Assembly: GCF_044704955.1 (NCBI RefSeq) | Contig: NC_092000.1 | Span: 4,774,001-4,838,000, forward strand | Source of the DNA: Pristiophorus japonicus | Lineage: Eukaryota | Reading direction: 5' to 3' | Length of the DNA: 64,000 bases | Notes under the pieces: model-generated | What the model saw: the letters and a program-made list of their open reading frames with translations, nothing else | Database searches by the model: none | Told to the model about the DNA's origin: nothing | Shown: piece by piece, positions 51,736-64,000 of the stretch | Position numbering within the stretch: the stretch's first letter is position 1 | Layout: each line of letters opens with the position of its first letter | Translations under genes and position numbers: made by a program

Positions 51736-54700
51736 CTGGAACAAGAGCCAACGTTCACATTAAACCGCCTCCTTCCCATCCTCGCTCGCCACAGTGCTGA
51801 GGCCGGGATCTCAATACAGATCCCCTCGACCAAACCCGACACCACGAGGTTAATCTCTTGCTCACCAGCAGCCAGTGAGAGCGAAAGGCAACACGGACAG
51901 TACTGTCAGCGACTGCAATAGTTTAACACGCCTCGCTGACATTTTGAAGGGACGTGTGATTATCCATCCACATCCCACTGGACCCGGGGCACCACATCAC
52001 TGCGCAGGCCTGCAAAACAACCTCACAGCAGCTCGGGTGGGGCTTCTCACACTCTAAAACGGTGTCGCTCATTAACTTTTTGTCCAGGGCCACTAACTGA
52101 AAGAATCATGCTTGGCAGGGGGGTGGGGGAAGCACACTGAGCAACATGGCAATAGACGGCAGCAGAGAGTGACAGGACATGGGTCTGCCTAGATTGCCCG
52201 CACTGACTGTAGAACATAAGAAACAGGAGCAGGAGTCGGCCATTTGGCCCCTCGAGCCTGCTCCGCTTTTTAATGGCTGATCCGATCATGGACTCGGCTC
52301 CACTTCCCTGCCCGCTCCCCATAACCCTTTATTCCCTTATCGCTCAAAAAATCTGACTATCTCCACCCAGAGAGCTGTGGAGGCTGGGTCATTGAATATA
52401 TTTAAACATAGAAAATAGGTGCAGGAGTAGGCCATTCGGCTCTTTGAGCCTGCACCACCATTCACTAAGATCATGGCTGATCATTCACCTCATTACCCCT
52501 TTCCTGCTTTCTCACCATACCCCTTGATCCCTTTAGCCGTAAGGGCCATATCTAACTCCCTTCTGAATATATCCAATGAACTGGCATCAACAACTTTCTG
52601 TGGTAGAGAATTCCACAGGTTCACAACTCTGAGTGAAGAAGTTTCTCCTCATTTAGAGTTGTAAGTGAAGACCAGGCACTTTCCCCAAAGGGAAGGGCAA
52701 AATGAAAGCTACAGGCACAGTGCTTCTATTATAACGGGGGTTCCTTCACTCCGACTCGCACTCCCTCACCTTCCTCGGTTGGAGAGCCAGAGAGAGAGAG
52801 AAACAGCACTGACTGCCAGCACAGTCACTGTCCCATTGCCAGGCAAACCACGAAGGGAGGCATGTGGAGCTGCGTGCCTGCTGTGAGACACTGGGCAAGG
52901 GGAGGGAAGGAAAGGCTGCAAGTGGCCCCAGACTGGACCACGTGCACCAACTGTGCTGCAATGAGCTTACACGCGCGTTCGGGCCACGCGCACCCTCGGC
53001 CCACACCTTTATGCAGAGCTTCGTTTGTCATGCGGTTGACGTTGCGGAAAGTACTCTCGGGAACCAGCCACCTCATGGCCACGTCGACACAGCTCTTACG
53101 GAAGGTACTCCAAACGCTGCCACTGGAAAAAAAGGATTGGAAAGAGAAGCAAACGTCAGCCGAAATCTCCATTTCGAAAGCGCCAGGTGGTACCGGGGAG
53201 AAAAGCACCATTTAACCCACCTTGTTTGCCCCTGTACAGCAGTCAAATCTCCAACTCCCACAGTTGCAAAGATGCCAGTGTTTAGGTTCCATGCGCCCTT
53301 CAAACAAGTATGATATGTCTTGGGTCTGAAAAACAACCAGTAAGAGAGTTTCACAGCTACATACACAGAACAGCTTACTAACACGGGATTGGTTATAGGG
53401 GGAGGCACACAGTCAGAAAAACAAAGAGCCAGTAGCGCACACAACGATTGCTGTGCTCGTAGAGGCAGTGACATACTGTGAGGGAGCAGTAGCACGTTGA
53501 ATATTTCAGATTAGAGAACTAGAGCGTTCTGGAATCAACTCCCTGAAAGGGCGGTGAAAGCAGATTCAATGGTAACTTTCAAAAAGGGAATTGGATACTC
53601 GAGGAGGAAATATTTGCAGGGCTATGGGGAAAGAGCAGGGGGGAGTGGGACTAGTCGGCTAGCTCTTTCAAAGAGCCGGCACAGGCACGATGGGCCGAAT
53701 GGCAGAGAGCTTCTGCTCGATATTCGTTTGAGCCCGGGGAATATTTATGTGGACGTTTCCTTGAGGCGATGAAATGGATGTGGTACAGTATGCTTGGTCT
53801 GTGAAAGGAGTGGGCTTGGTGAGTCAAATGACCATTTCTCACTCCAGAATTATGAACTGTGCTGTAATCAGGTGGTTAAGATAAATTTAGCATGTCCATT
53901 CATTCTCGTTCACAGGAATAGCCGCGACTTTGTGCAGATGGTGGGATTTTCACACGCAGACTAATCGTGCAACCTCCCTATCTCTGTAACCTCCTCCAAC
54001 CCTCCAAGATCTCTGTGCTCCTCCAATTCTGGCCTATTGAACATCCCCGGTTTTAATCGCTTCAGAGGCCTAAGCTCTGGAATTCCCTCCCTAATCTGAC
54101 TCTCTACCTCTCTTTCCTCCTTTAAGACACTCCTTAAAACCTACTTCTTTGATCAAGCTTTTGGTCACCTGTCCTTGTATCTCCTTCTGTGGCTCAGTGT
54201 CAAGTTTTGTCTGACAATTGCGCTCGTGAAACGCCATGTTACTAGGTTAAAGCCGCAAGATTAATGCATGCAGTTGTTACTCTATGTTAACAGCATAGTG
54301 GATCCTCAATAAGTGAATGCAGTCTATAACATTGTGGGCAGAGTATATCACCAGCAGAGAGTTCCTATGGTAACCATGTCTAAACGTGGGCCATTCCCAA
54401 TGCCACAGCTCCCTAAAATTCAACCCCAAGTTTTTCCTGTCTCAGTATGTGCCATGGTGAAGAGGTGTAGGCAGCACACTGCAGTAGTGAATAGCAGCTA
54501 TACACACATGCACACGAAGCATCGTGATGTGATCATAGTCACATCTTAAAACTTTTTGTTCATTTTTCAATGAGACATAAAATATTATGGAGCCACACTG
54601 ATACCCACTCCCCCTTACACGAGCTGCACAATTCAAGAGGGAGAAGCTCACACACACACACACACCTCACACACAAACAGACACACACCTCACACACAAA

Positions 54701-57700
54701 CAGACACACACCTCTCACNNNNNNNNNNNNNNNNNNNNNNNNNNNNNNNNNNNNNNNNNNNNNNNNNNNNNNNNNNNNNNNNNNNNNNNNNNNNNNNNNN
54801 NNNNNNNNNNNNNNNNNNNNNNNNNNNNNNNNNNNNNNNNNNNNNNNNNNNNNNNNNNNNNNNNNNNNNNNNNNNNNNNNNNNNNNNNNNNNNNNNNNNN
54901 NNNNNNNNNNNNNNNNNNNNNNNNNNNNNNNNNNNNNNNNNNNNNNNNNNCACAGACACCTCACACACACAGACACCTCACACACACAGACACCTCACAC
55001 ACACAGACACCTCACACACACAGACACCTCACACACACAGACACCTCACACACACAGACACCTCACACACACAGACACCTCACACACACAGNNNNNNNNN
55101 NNNNNNNNNNNNNNNNNNNNNNNNNNNNNNNNNNNNNNNNNNNNNNNNNNNNNNNNNNNNNNNNNNNNNNNNNNNNNNNNNNNNNNNNNNNNNNNNNNNN
55201 NNNNNNNNNNNNNNNNNNNNNNNNNNNNCACAGACACCTCACACACACAGACACCTCACACACACAGACACCTCACACACACAGACACCTCACACACACA
55301 GACACCTCACACACACAGACACCTCACACACACATAAACAGACACCACACGAGCTCCAAGTTCACATTTATATTGATCCATAACCTAAGTTACGAGGGAA
55401 TGGCTGAAAAGACAAGCCAGTGATACAAAGTGTTTTAAACCCTGGTTATGCTAAAAAGGACCCTCAGAAAATGAGTGGGGATCATTTGTGCTCCTCAAGT
55501 CGAAGAATGATTGTGCCGGGAAAAGAAAATCTCCCAACTCAAAGCTCCAAAGCCAGCATTGAGGATTCTTCGGTCAAGTACGACACAGGCAGCCGAAGAA
55601 TGGAGTGAAACGGCCCCAACTCTCCCCCAACGTGCCCCAGGTCCAGCCCCAACTCTCCCCCAACGTGCCCCAGATCCAGCCCCAACTCTCCCCCAACGTG
55701 CCCCAGGTCCAGCTCTGTCTCTCCCCCAACGTGCCCCAGGTCCAGCTCTGTCTCTCCCCCAACGTGCCCCAGGTCCAGCTCTGTCTCTCCCCCAACGTGC
55801 CCCAGGTCCAGCCCCAACTCTCCCCCAACGTGCCCCAGGTCCAGCTCTGTCTCTCCCCCAACGTGCCCCAGGTCCAGCTCTGTCTCTCCCCCAACGTGCC
55901 CCAGGTCCAGCTCTGTCTCTCCCCCAACGTGCCCCAGGTCCAGCCCTGTCAGCACCCGCGCAGCATTTCCATTCCTGAGCCCGGCAGTCCCCATGGTCGC
56001 TCCGAGCCAGAGCCGAGCAAGTTAACGGCAGCCGATGGCGAACGGAGTAGACTGTAACGTTACAGGCAGGGGCCGGGATGAAACGGACCGAGAACCACCA
56101 AACCCAGCTCACATTGCACCCTTAAAGGCAAGACAGCGAGGAGACGTGCATCTCCTCAGCCTGGGCTGGGCCCAGATCCTCGGGGTGGAAGGTCAGTGTG
56201 CGAATCTACTTGTTCAATCCCCGAATGGAACAAAGGGCAGGTTTCCAATGACGGTCGAATGGATGATGTTGAGTGTTGCCTCCGACCCATCAGGTCAACA
56301 GTTTGATTACCGCGCTGCACACACTTTCCCCTTACCTTACTTGTCCTTCTTCATCTGAAGGGTAGGCCAAGAGCAGCAGTCCGATGTTAATGATGACATG
56401 GTTGGTTATAGGGCAGACCTAGAAGCAAAGACAGATCACGATGGTAAGGCAGTTAATCACAGCCCCGAAAGCCAAGGGAGCAAGGGTGAACCGCGCTGAA
56501 AGTACAATCAGAGGCTTTACGCCCACAATTTCCCACACACCACACGAGGCCTTTGAGCAGACAGCACAGAAACATAGAAAATAGGTGCAGGAGTCAGCCC
56601 TTCGAGCCTGCACCACCATTCAATACGATCATGGCTGATCATTCCCTCAGTACCCCTTTCGGCTTTGTCTCCATACCCCCTGATCCCTTCCTTTAGCCGT
56701 AAGGGCCACATCTAACTCCCTCTTGGATATATCCAATGAACTGGCATCAACAACTCTCTGCGATAGAGAATTCCACAGGTTAACAACTCTCTGGGTGAAG
56801 AAGTCTCTCCTCATCTCGGTCCTAAATGGCTTACCCCTTATCCTTAGACTGTGTCCCCTGGTTCTGGACTTCCCCAACATCGGGAACATTCTTCCCGCAT
56901 CTAAGCTGTCCAGTTCCGTCAGAATTTTATATGTTTCTATGAGATCCCCTCTAATCCTTCTAAACTCCAGTGAATAAAGCCCCGGTTGACCCAGTCTCTC
57001 CTCATATGTCAGTCCAGCCATCCCGGGAATCAGTCTGGTGAACCTTCCCTGCACTCCCCCAATAGCAAGAATGTCCTTCCTTAGATTAGGAGATCAAAAC
57101 TGAAGACAATATTCCAGGTGAGGCCTCACTAAGGCCCTGTACAACTGCAGTAACACCTCCTTGCTCCTATACTCAAATCCCTTAGCTATGAAGGCCAACA
57201 TACCATTTGCCTTCTTCACCGCCTGCTGTACCTGTATGCCAACTTTCAATGACTGATGAACCATGACACCCAGGTCTCGTTGCACCCACCCTTTTCCTAA
57301 TCTGCCGCCATTCAGATAATATTCTGCCTTTGTGTTTTTGCCCCCAAAGTGGATAACCTCACATTTATCCACATTATACTGCATCTGCTATGCATTTGCC
57401 CACTCACCTAACCTGTCCAAGTCACCCTGCAGCCTCTTAACGTCCTCCTCACAGCTCACACCGCCACCCAGTTTAGTGTCATCTGCAAACTTGGAGATAC
57501 TACACTCAATTCCTTCATCCAAATCATTAATGTACATTGTAAATAGCTGGGGTCCCAGCACTGAGCCCTGCGGCACCCCACTAGTCACTGCCTGCCATTC
57601 TGAAAAGGAACCGTTTATCCCAACTCTCTGCCAACCAGTTCTCTATCCACATTCTCTATTACCCCCAATACCATGTGCTTTAATTTTGCATATCAATCTC

Positions 57701-60700
57701 TTGTGTGGGACCTTGTCAAAAGCCTTTTGAAAGTCCAAATACACCACATCCACTGGGTCTCCCTTGTTCATTCTACTAGTTACATCCTCAAAATTCCAGA
57801 AGATTTGTCAAGCATGATTTCCCTTTCATAAATCCATGTTGAATTGGATCGATCCTGTCACTGCTTTCCAAATACGCTGTTATTTCATCTTTAATGATTG
57901 ATTCCAACATTTTTCCCACTACTGATGTCAGGCTAACCGGTCTATAATTACCCGTTTTCTCTCTCCCTCCTTTTTAAAAAAGTGGTGTTACATTAGCTAC
58001 CCTCCAGTCCATAGGAACTGATCCAGAGTCGATAGACTGTTGGAAAATGATCACCAATGCAGCCACTATTTCTAGGGCCACTTCCTTAAGTATTCTGGGA
58101 TGCAGGTTATCAGGCCCCGGGGATTTATCGGCCTTCAACCCATCAATTTCTCCAACACAATTTCCTGCCCAATAAGGATATCCTTCAGTTCCTCCTTCTC
58201 ACTAGACCCTCGGTCCCCTAGTACTCCCGGAAGGTGCCCAAGGGACAATTTGATGTGTTTATACGGAGAGAAAGATCAATAACCAAAGGCACAGATATAA
58301 AGTCATTGGTCGAAGGATCAGAGGGGAGTCGAGAACTTTTTGCACCCAGAGGGTGGTGGGGGTCTGGCACTCACTGCCTGAAAGGGTGGTGGAGGCAGAA
58401 ACCCTCACCACATTTTATTAAAAAGTACTTGGATGTGCACTTGAAGTGCCGTAACCTACAGGGTCACAGACCAAGAGCTGGAAAGTGGGATTAGATTGGA
58501 TAGCTCTTGGTCGACCGGTGCGGACACGATGGGCTGAATGGCCCCCTTCCGTGTTGTAAATTTCTATGATTCTATGAGAGCTATGTTAAGAGGGTGATGA
58601 AAGGTGGGGTGATCTGTGGGAAACAGTTGGGGGCTCGTTAGGCTTCAATCTTTTGTCTGTTCCTAAAAATCCATGTGCTCTTACATCGAGCTCCTGAAAG
58701 TCCAAGGCAATAACAACTTGTATTTATATAGCGCCTTTAACATAACGAAACACCCCAAGGCGCTTCACAGGAGTACTATGAGATAAAAAATTTGACACAG
58801 AGCCACATAAGGAGAAATTAGGGCAGGTGACCAAAAGCTTGGTCAAAGAGGTCAGTTTTAAGGAGCATCTTAAAGGAGGAAAGAGAGGTAGAGAGGATTA
58901 GGCAGGGAATAAGTCAGCAGAAACCTGCCAGCCTCCCCCATATCAAGGAAAAAACTGGAATCTCAATCACTCTCGGCCGCTCTCAGACTCCCCTTTATGG
59001 GCAGTATCAGAGTGGGTCTGGTCTGACAGTGACACAGATCGTGTGTGGTGCAGGGAAGACATTGCTGTTTAAAACAAAACAGAAATAATAAACCGGGGCT
59101 TGAACAGAAACTTTCCATTTCCAACATCCCTTGAAACAAAATAGAACTGCTGACCAGTGATGTTATAGTCTCAGCAATCTCTCTATCCCAAATTTATCCT
59201 ACGACAGTTTCATCGTCTCCAGAAAAGAAACCAGTTCTAATTTATTACACGGGATACATGGCTCAGAAACAGGCCATTCGGCCCAACCAGTCCGTGCCGG
59301 CGTTTATGCTCCACTCGAGCCTCCTCCCGTCTTTCCTCATCTAAATCTATCAGCATAACCCTCTATTCCCTTCTCCCCCATACGCTTGTCCAGCCTCCCC
59401 TTAAATACATCGATACTATTCGCCTCAACCCCTCCCTGTGGCAGCGAGTTCCACATTCTCACCCCTCTCTGGGTGAAGAAGTTTCTCCTGAATTCCCCAT
59501 TGGATTTCCGGGTGACTATCTTATATTGATGGCCTCTAGTTATGCTCTTCCCCACAACTGGAAACATTCTCTCTGTATCCACTCTGTCAAAACCTTTCAT
59601 CATTTTAAAAACCTCCATTAGGTCACCCCTCAGCCTTCTCTTTTCAGGAGAAAAGAGACCCAGCCTGTTCATCCTTTCCTGATATGTGTGCCCTCGCATT
59701 TCTGGTATCATCCTTGTAAATCTTCTCTGCACCCTCTCCAGCGCCTCTGTATCCTTGTTATAATATGGCGACCAGACATCTACACAATTTTATTGGCAAT
59801 GTTAATCAGCCTCTACTTTGCTCCTCACTTGGGCCAACTAACTTGACACAGACCGAGTGCCCCCATGATGGGGGCAATATATGGACTTGCTCCCTGAAGT
59901 ATCACATGAATCACTGTGAAGCCACGTCCCGGAACCCACTGCCAGGCTGCCTGAAACACATCCTCGGTTCAGTCTAAATCCACTCACCTCCAGAATCACA
60001 ATATCATAGTCACTGAAGGAACAGTAGCGGGGTGACCAGGATGCATCATTCCTGATAACCTCATTAATGACGTATTCGAAGTCGAGGGTCAGCTGCTCCA
60101 CAGTCAGGTACTTGCCCTAGAGATGGACAAGATGCAGGAGATGGGTTGCAAGTGGGACACAAAGTCCAGGCAAAGGACGTCACATATCTCCCTCAGCCAC
60201 ATGTCCCATTGCACCTTTTCTCATGGAAAATTGCAAACGGTTTGAGCAACGCTTAAACCCATCCTCTTAATTTACTTCAATTGCGCAGCACTTATCAGAG
60301 CACATACGTATCAAACTGTGTCGGCCGACACTCAGTGGGTAGCACCCTCGCCTGAGTCAGTAGGTTGTGGTTCAAGTCCCACTGGAGCACAAAACTCGAG
60401 GCCGACACTCCCAGTGCAGTACCGAGGGAGCGCCGCGCTGTCGGAGGGGCAGTACAGAGGGAGCGCCGCACTGTCGGAGGGGCAGTACAGAGGGAGCGCT
60501 GCACTGTCGGAGGGGCAGTACAGAGGGAGCGCCGCACTGTCGGAAGTGGCAGTACTGAGGGAGTGCCGCACTGTCGGAGGGGCAGTACTGAGGGAGCGGC
60601 GCACTGTCGGAGGGGCAGTACTGAGGGAGCGGCGCGCTGTCGGAGGGGCAGTACTGTGGGAGCACTGCGTTGTCGGAGAGGCAGTACTGAGGGGGCACTG

Positions 60701-63513
60701 CTCTGTTGGAGGTCCCGTCTTTTGGATGTGACGTTTAACCGAGGCCCTGTCCGTCCTTTCAGGTGGATGTAAAAGATCCCAGGGCACTATTTTGAAGAGG
60801 AGTCGGAGAGTTTAGCCCCTCAAGACTGCCTCGCCATTCATTAGTTCCTGGCTGATCTCCCACCTCAACTCCACTTTCCCGCCCTATCCCCGTATCCCTC
60901 GATTCCCTTCGTGTCCAAAAACATAGGAAACAAGGCAGCCAATTTACGCAAGCTCCCACAAACAGCAATCTGACAATGACCAGAAAATCTGTTTAATGAT
61001 GTCAGTTGAGGGATAAATATTGGCCCAAGACATCAGGGCGAACGCCCCTGCTCTTCTTTGAAATAGTGCTGTGGGATCTTTTATGCATACTTGAGAGGGA
61101 AGAGATCGGTTTAACGTCTCATCCAAAAGATGGCACCTCTGACAGTGCAGCACTCTCTCAGTAATGTACTAGATTTTTGTGCCCGAGTCTCTGGAGTGGG
61201 ACTTGAACCCACGACCTTCTGACTCAATGTGATCTGTAGGGCTCTGTGTCTTATCCCGTGGACCATCAAGTCTTCCCAAACCTGCTCCACCAATCCTGTA
61301 TCAATGTTCCCTGTAAGCTGCGCTTTGTTCTGCGCTGACCGTTTCTTTTAGCATATGTTCCCTTTAAATTTCCCAGCGTGAGCGGTATTTACAACGGAGA
61401 AGCCAGTGAGCGGCCTGCGTGGGACACAAGAACATGAGAATCAGGAGCAGGAGTCGGCCATTCGGCCCCTCGAAGCCGCTCCGCCATTCAATGAGATCAC
61501 GGCTGATCTTCGACCTCAACTCCACTTTCCCGCCCGATCGCCATATCCCTCGATTCCCCTAGATGATTGGCAAAAGAACCAAAGGCAACGGAAGAAAAAT
61601 ACGAAGTTGTCGCACAGCTTAGAGGGAACATTGTCCTATCTGTGGGTATTCTATGCTACAATACAGTTTACTTACAATACAGTTTACCTTTATCATCCAT
61701 AATTCATGCAAAGAACAAACAACACAAGCTGCACCGTCGGCATGAACAGATTTCCCAAAAAATGTTCCACTCCCAGAATTCCGATGTAACCGTGCCCCAT
61801 TGTCACTGCATATTTACCAGTTTATCATCACAAACCCAAATTATCCCAATATGCCGGCAGCTATTGTTCTCCAAGGGAGGAAAAATAAATCCCGAGCTCT
61901 GACATTGTTGAGCCAGAAATAGGCAGTCACGGGAGAATCGAGTTACTGGAGCTCTGCATCTTATGATGCAGTTTCGCTGCGAGGCGTATTCGCGTGTTGG
62001 TACTTCAGGGATTTACAAAAGAAAAGCACCAAAGATAAAAGACACGTCTGTATTCTGCGATGCTTCAACTTTCATTCCCACCAGCATCCCTGACGGGCCT
62101 GGAGGCATCGTGTTCACAGCTCCAGAGACCCTCTCCAGTCAGAACTCAAATTTGAAAAGATTAAAGCTATAAACTTATCAATGGTGACAGCATGGAAGAA
62201 GGACTGGGTTTAACCCTAACCCTGAATTGGCCTGGGTTTTTAATCTGGTTTTTGCCTCTCCCAGGAGATCACAAGGCTCCGGTTGGCGTGGAGTGTAGAA
62301 TGTTTCAGTATAAGGGATGTCACAGTTGTACGAGGCGGGCTGGTTGGGCTGGGTGCTCTTTGCCTTTCCGTCAGTTTGTGCGTAACCTTCAGGACTGCTG
62401 ACCAAGGGCCGTGCGGCTCTTTGTCGGCCGGCGTGGACATGATGGGCCGAAATGGCCTCCTTCTGCGCTGTAAATTTCTATGTTTCCAAGACCATGCGGC
62501 CCGTCGAGCCCGTGCAGACTCTCAGCCAGTCCCACTCCCCCGCCCTTTCCCCGTAACCCTGCACATTCTTTGTCCTTCAGGCACTTAACCAACTCCCTTT
62601 TGAAAGCCACGATTGAGTCTGCCTCCACCACCCTCTCAGGCAGCGCATTCCAGATCCTAACCACACGCTGCGGGAAAAATGTTTTTCCTCGTGTCACCTT
62701 TGGTTCTTCTGCCAATCGCCTTAAATCTGTGTCCTCTGGTCCCGACCCCTCCACCAATGGGAACAGTTTCTCTCGACCTACTCGGTCCAGACCCCTCGTG
62801 ATTTTGAACACCTCGATCAAATCTCCTCTCAACCTTCTCTGCTCCAAGGAGAACAACCCCGGCTTCTCCAGTCTATCCCGGTCACTGAAGTCCCTCGTCC
62901 CTGGAACCATTCTCGTAAATCTTTGCTGCACCCTCTCTAAGGCCTTCACATCCCGCCTAAAGTGTGGTGCCCAGAATTGGACACAACACTCCAGTTGTGG
63001 CCGAACCAGTGTTTTATACAGGTTCATCATAACTCCCTTGCTTTTATACTCTGTACCTCTATTTATGAAGCCCAGGATCCCGTAAGCCTTTGAAACTGCT
63101 TTCGCAACCTGTCAACGATCTATGCACATATACCCCCAGATCTCTGTGTCCATGTACCTCCTTTAGGATTGTACCCTTTAGTTTATATGTTCTCTCCTCA
63201 TTCTTTCTACCAGTGTGTCCCACTGGGCTCTGTTTACAGTTCAATATTGCACCCCACAATGTTACAATCAGTGACATCACGTCGGGCTGCTACACCGTGC
63301 AGTCGTTGAATCCTCGTGGCTGTCGGTAGCCCGGAGGGGGGGTGCCACACTGGCAGGTTTTTACCCCTTGGAGTGGGGGGGGGTCATGGCGCACTTGGGC
63401 TACGGTGCGCACCGGTTATGTTACCTGATATGAAGCGGTTTCTTTAAAAGGTTTCAGATTCCTTCCCCTCAAGTCAGTCACTACAAAAGGCAGCGAGATC
63501 TTATCATCATATC
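51680..63513 (-). CDS. DCAF15: DDB1- and CUL4-associated factor 15, last six coding exons, gene span; 5' part lies right of the window
   Basis: join(63425-63513, 59988-60116, 56336-56418, 53221-53325, 53007-53122, 51680-51735), in phase; [57 protein letters not shown] and C-terminal WIVL match recalled DCAF15. Confidence 0.95.
52212..52650 (-). mobile_element. Two adjacent CR1 tails, the first with a 38-bp 5' inversion
   Basis: Compare with the uninverted copy at 44190-44387. Confidence 0.8.
53007..53122 (-). CDS. DCAF15: DCAF15 exon
   Basis: [39 protein letters not shown], 116 nt. Confidence 0.94.
53221..53325 (-). CDS. DCAF15: DCAF15 exon
   Basis: [35 protein letters not shown], 105 nt. 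Confidence 0.94.
54650..55335. repeat. 17-bp CA-rich minisatellite with assembly gaps (N 54719-54950 and 55092-55228)
   Basis: CACAGACACCTCACACA units flank both N runs. Confidence 0.9.
55614..55945. repeat. 33-bp minisatellite (10 copies) in a DCAF15 intron
   Basis: CTCCCCCAACGTGCCCCAGGTCCAG + (CTCTGTCT|CCCCAACT) units. Confidence 0.9.
56336..56418 (-). CDS. DCAF15: DCAF15 exon
   Basis: [27 protein letters not shown], 83 nt. Confidence 0.93.
56568..58234 (-). mobile_element. CR1 ORF2 (RT) fragment, same family as 15993-17910
   Basis: [19 protein letters not shown]-terminus and tail. Confidence 0.92.
59260..59785 (-). mobile_element. CR1 3' fragment
   Basis: QRRFTRMIP...[16 protein letters not shown]. 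Confidence 0.85.
59988..60116 (-). CDS. DCAF15: DCAF15 exon
   Basis: [43 protein letters not shown], 129 nt. Confidence 0.95.
60330..60800 (+). mobile_element. DeuSINE with degenerate 33-bp array (about 9 copies)
   Basis: tRNA head near 60330-60385, array 60415-60712, Deu core. Confidence 0.85.
61302..61633. mobile_element. hAT-type MITE with nested CR1 tail (about 61428-61563)
   Basis: TIRs CAATGTTCCCTGTAAGCTG ... CAGCTTAGAGGGAACATTG; 8-bp flanks TCCTGTAT/TCCTATCT. Confidence 0.7.
62490..63215 (-). mobile_element. CR1 3' fragment
   Basis: [13 protein letters not shown]...[10 protein letters not shown]. Confidence 0.88.
63425..63513 (-). CDS. DCAF15: DCAF15 exon
   Basis: [29 protein letters not shown]; donor GTAAC. 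Confidence 0.92.
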
Positions 63514-63684
63514 CTGTTAGAAACGAGATCTGGTTTAGTCTCCCATCAATAAGCCCTTGTCTTAGCAGCAAATCAGCTGGCAACAGTTGTACGATGAAAC
63601 AAGCATTTCTAGACCCTCAGTCGCATCATGAGGGGAACTCTTTGTAAATAACAGGAGATAGCCATTCAAAATACCCGCTCCCTA

Positions 63685-64000
63685 CCCACCATACCCCCCC
63701 CCCCCACTGTACCCACTCCATCCCTTCCCCCACTGTACCCACTATCCCTCCCCCACTGTACCCCCTCCCCCACTGCACCCCCCTCCCCCACTGTACCCAC
63801 TATCCCTCCCCCACTGCACCTCCTCCCCACTGCACCTCCTCCCCCACTGTACCCCCCTCCCCCACTGTACCCCCCTCCCCCACTGTACCCCCTCCCCCAC
63901 TGTACCCCCCTCCCCTCTCCCACTGCACCTCCTCCCCACTGTACCCCCCTCCCCCTGCACCCCCTCCCCCACTGTACCCCCCTCCCCTCTCCCACTGCAC
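63685..64000. repeat. C-rich minisatellite (CCCCCACTGTACC units)
   Basis: Variable tandem units running to the window edge. Confidence 0.85.

Noticed and set aside
52047-52100. Candidate DCAF15 last exon ([15 protein letters not shown])
   Set aside because: No similarity to the DCAF15 C-terminus; 51680-51735 fits phase and ends in WIVL
54719-55228. ORFs crossing N runs
   Set aside because: Assembly gaps inside a 17-bp repeat
55495-56112. 11-aa repeat ORFs ([11 protein letters not shown] etc.)
   Set aside because: 33-bp intronic VNTR, open in nearly all frames; no splice support

Overview
Eukaryotic, repeat-rich vertebrate genomic DNA, very probably a shark/elasmobranch, judged from SacSINE1-like DeuSINEs, CR1 and L2 LINEs and Penelope-like ends. 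Four spliced protein-coding genes can be rebuilt from GT-AG exons with consistent phases. (1) The 5' part of a divergent SSX2IP/ADIP-like gene (- strand, 7 coding exons 12737->1244, continuing off the left edge). (2) A complete CLPP gene (- strand, 7 coding exons 33019->23602, 244 aa). (3) A complete 69-aa G-protein gamma subunit intermediate between GNG5 and GNG10 (+ strand, 35135-41039). (4) The last six coding exons of DCAF15 (- strand, 63513->51680). Almost all long ORFs in the supplied track are retroelement fragments or stop-free minisatellites. The most notable observations are: probable 2R ohnologs (SSX2IP-like, third GNG5/10 member) on a human-19p13-type block; repeated tandem amplification of one specific sub-segment of SINE, CR1 and L2 elements; three CR1 copies with inversions, two of twin-priming type; and short solo LTRs carrying CTCF-like motifs. 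Family assignments come from recalled sequences, not database searches.
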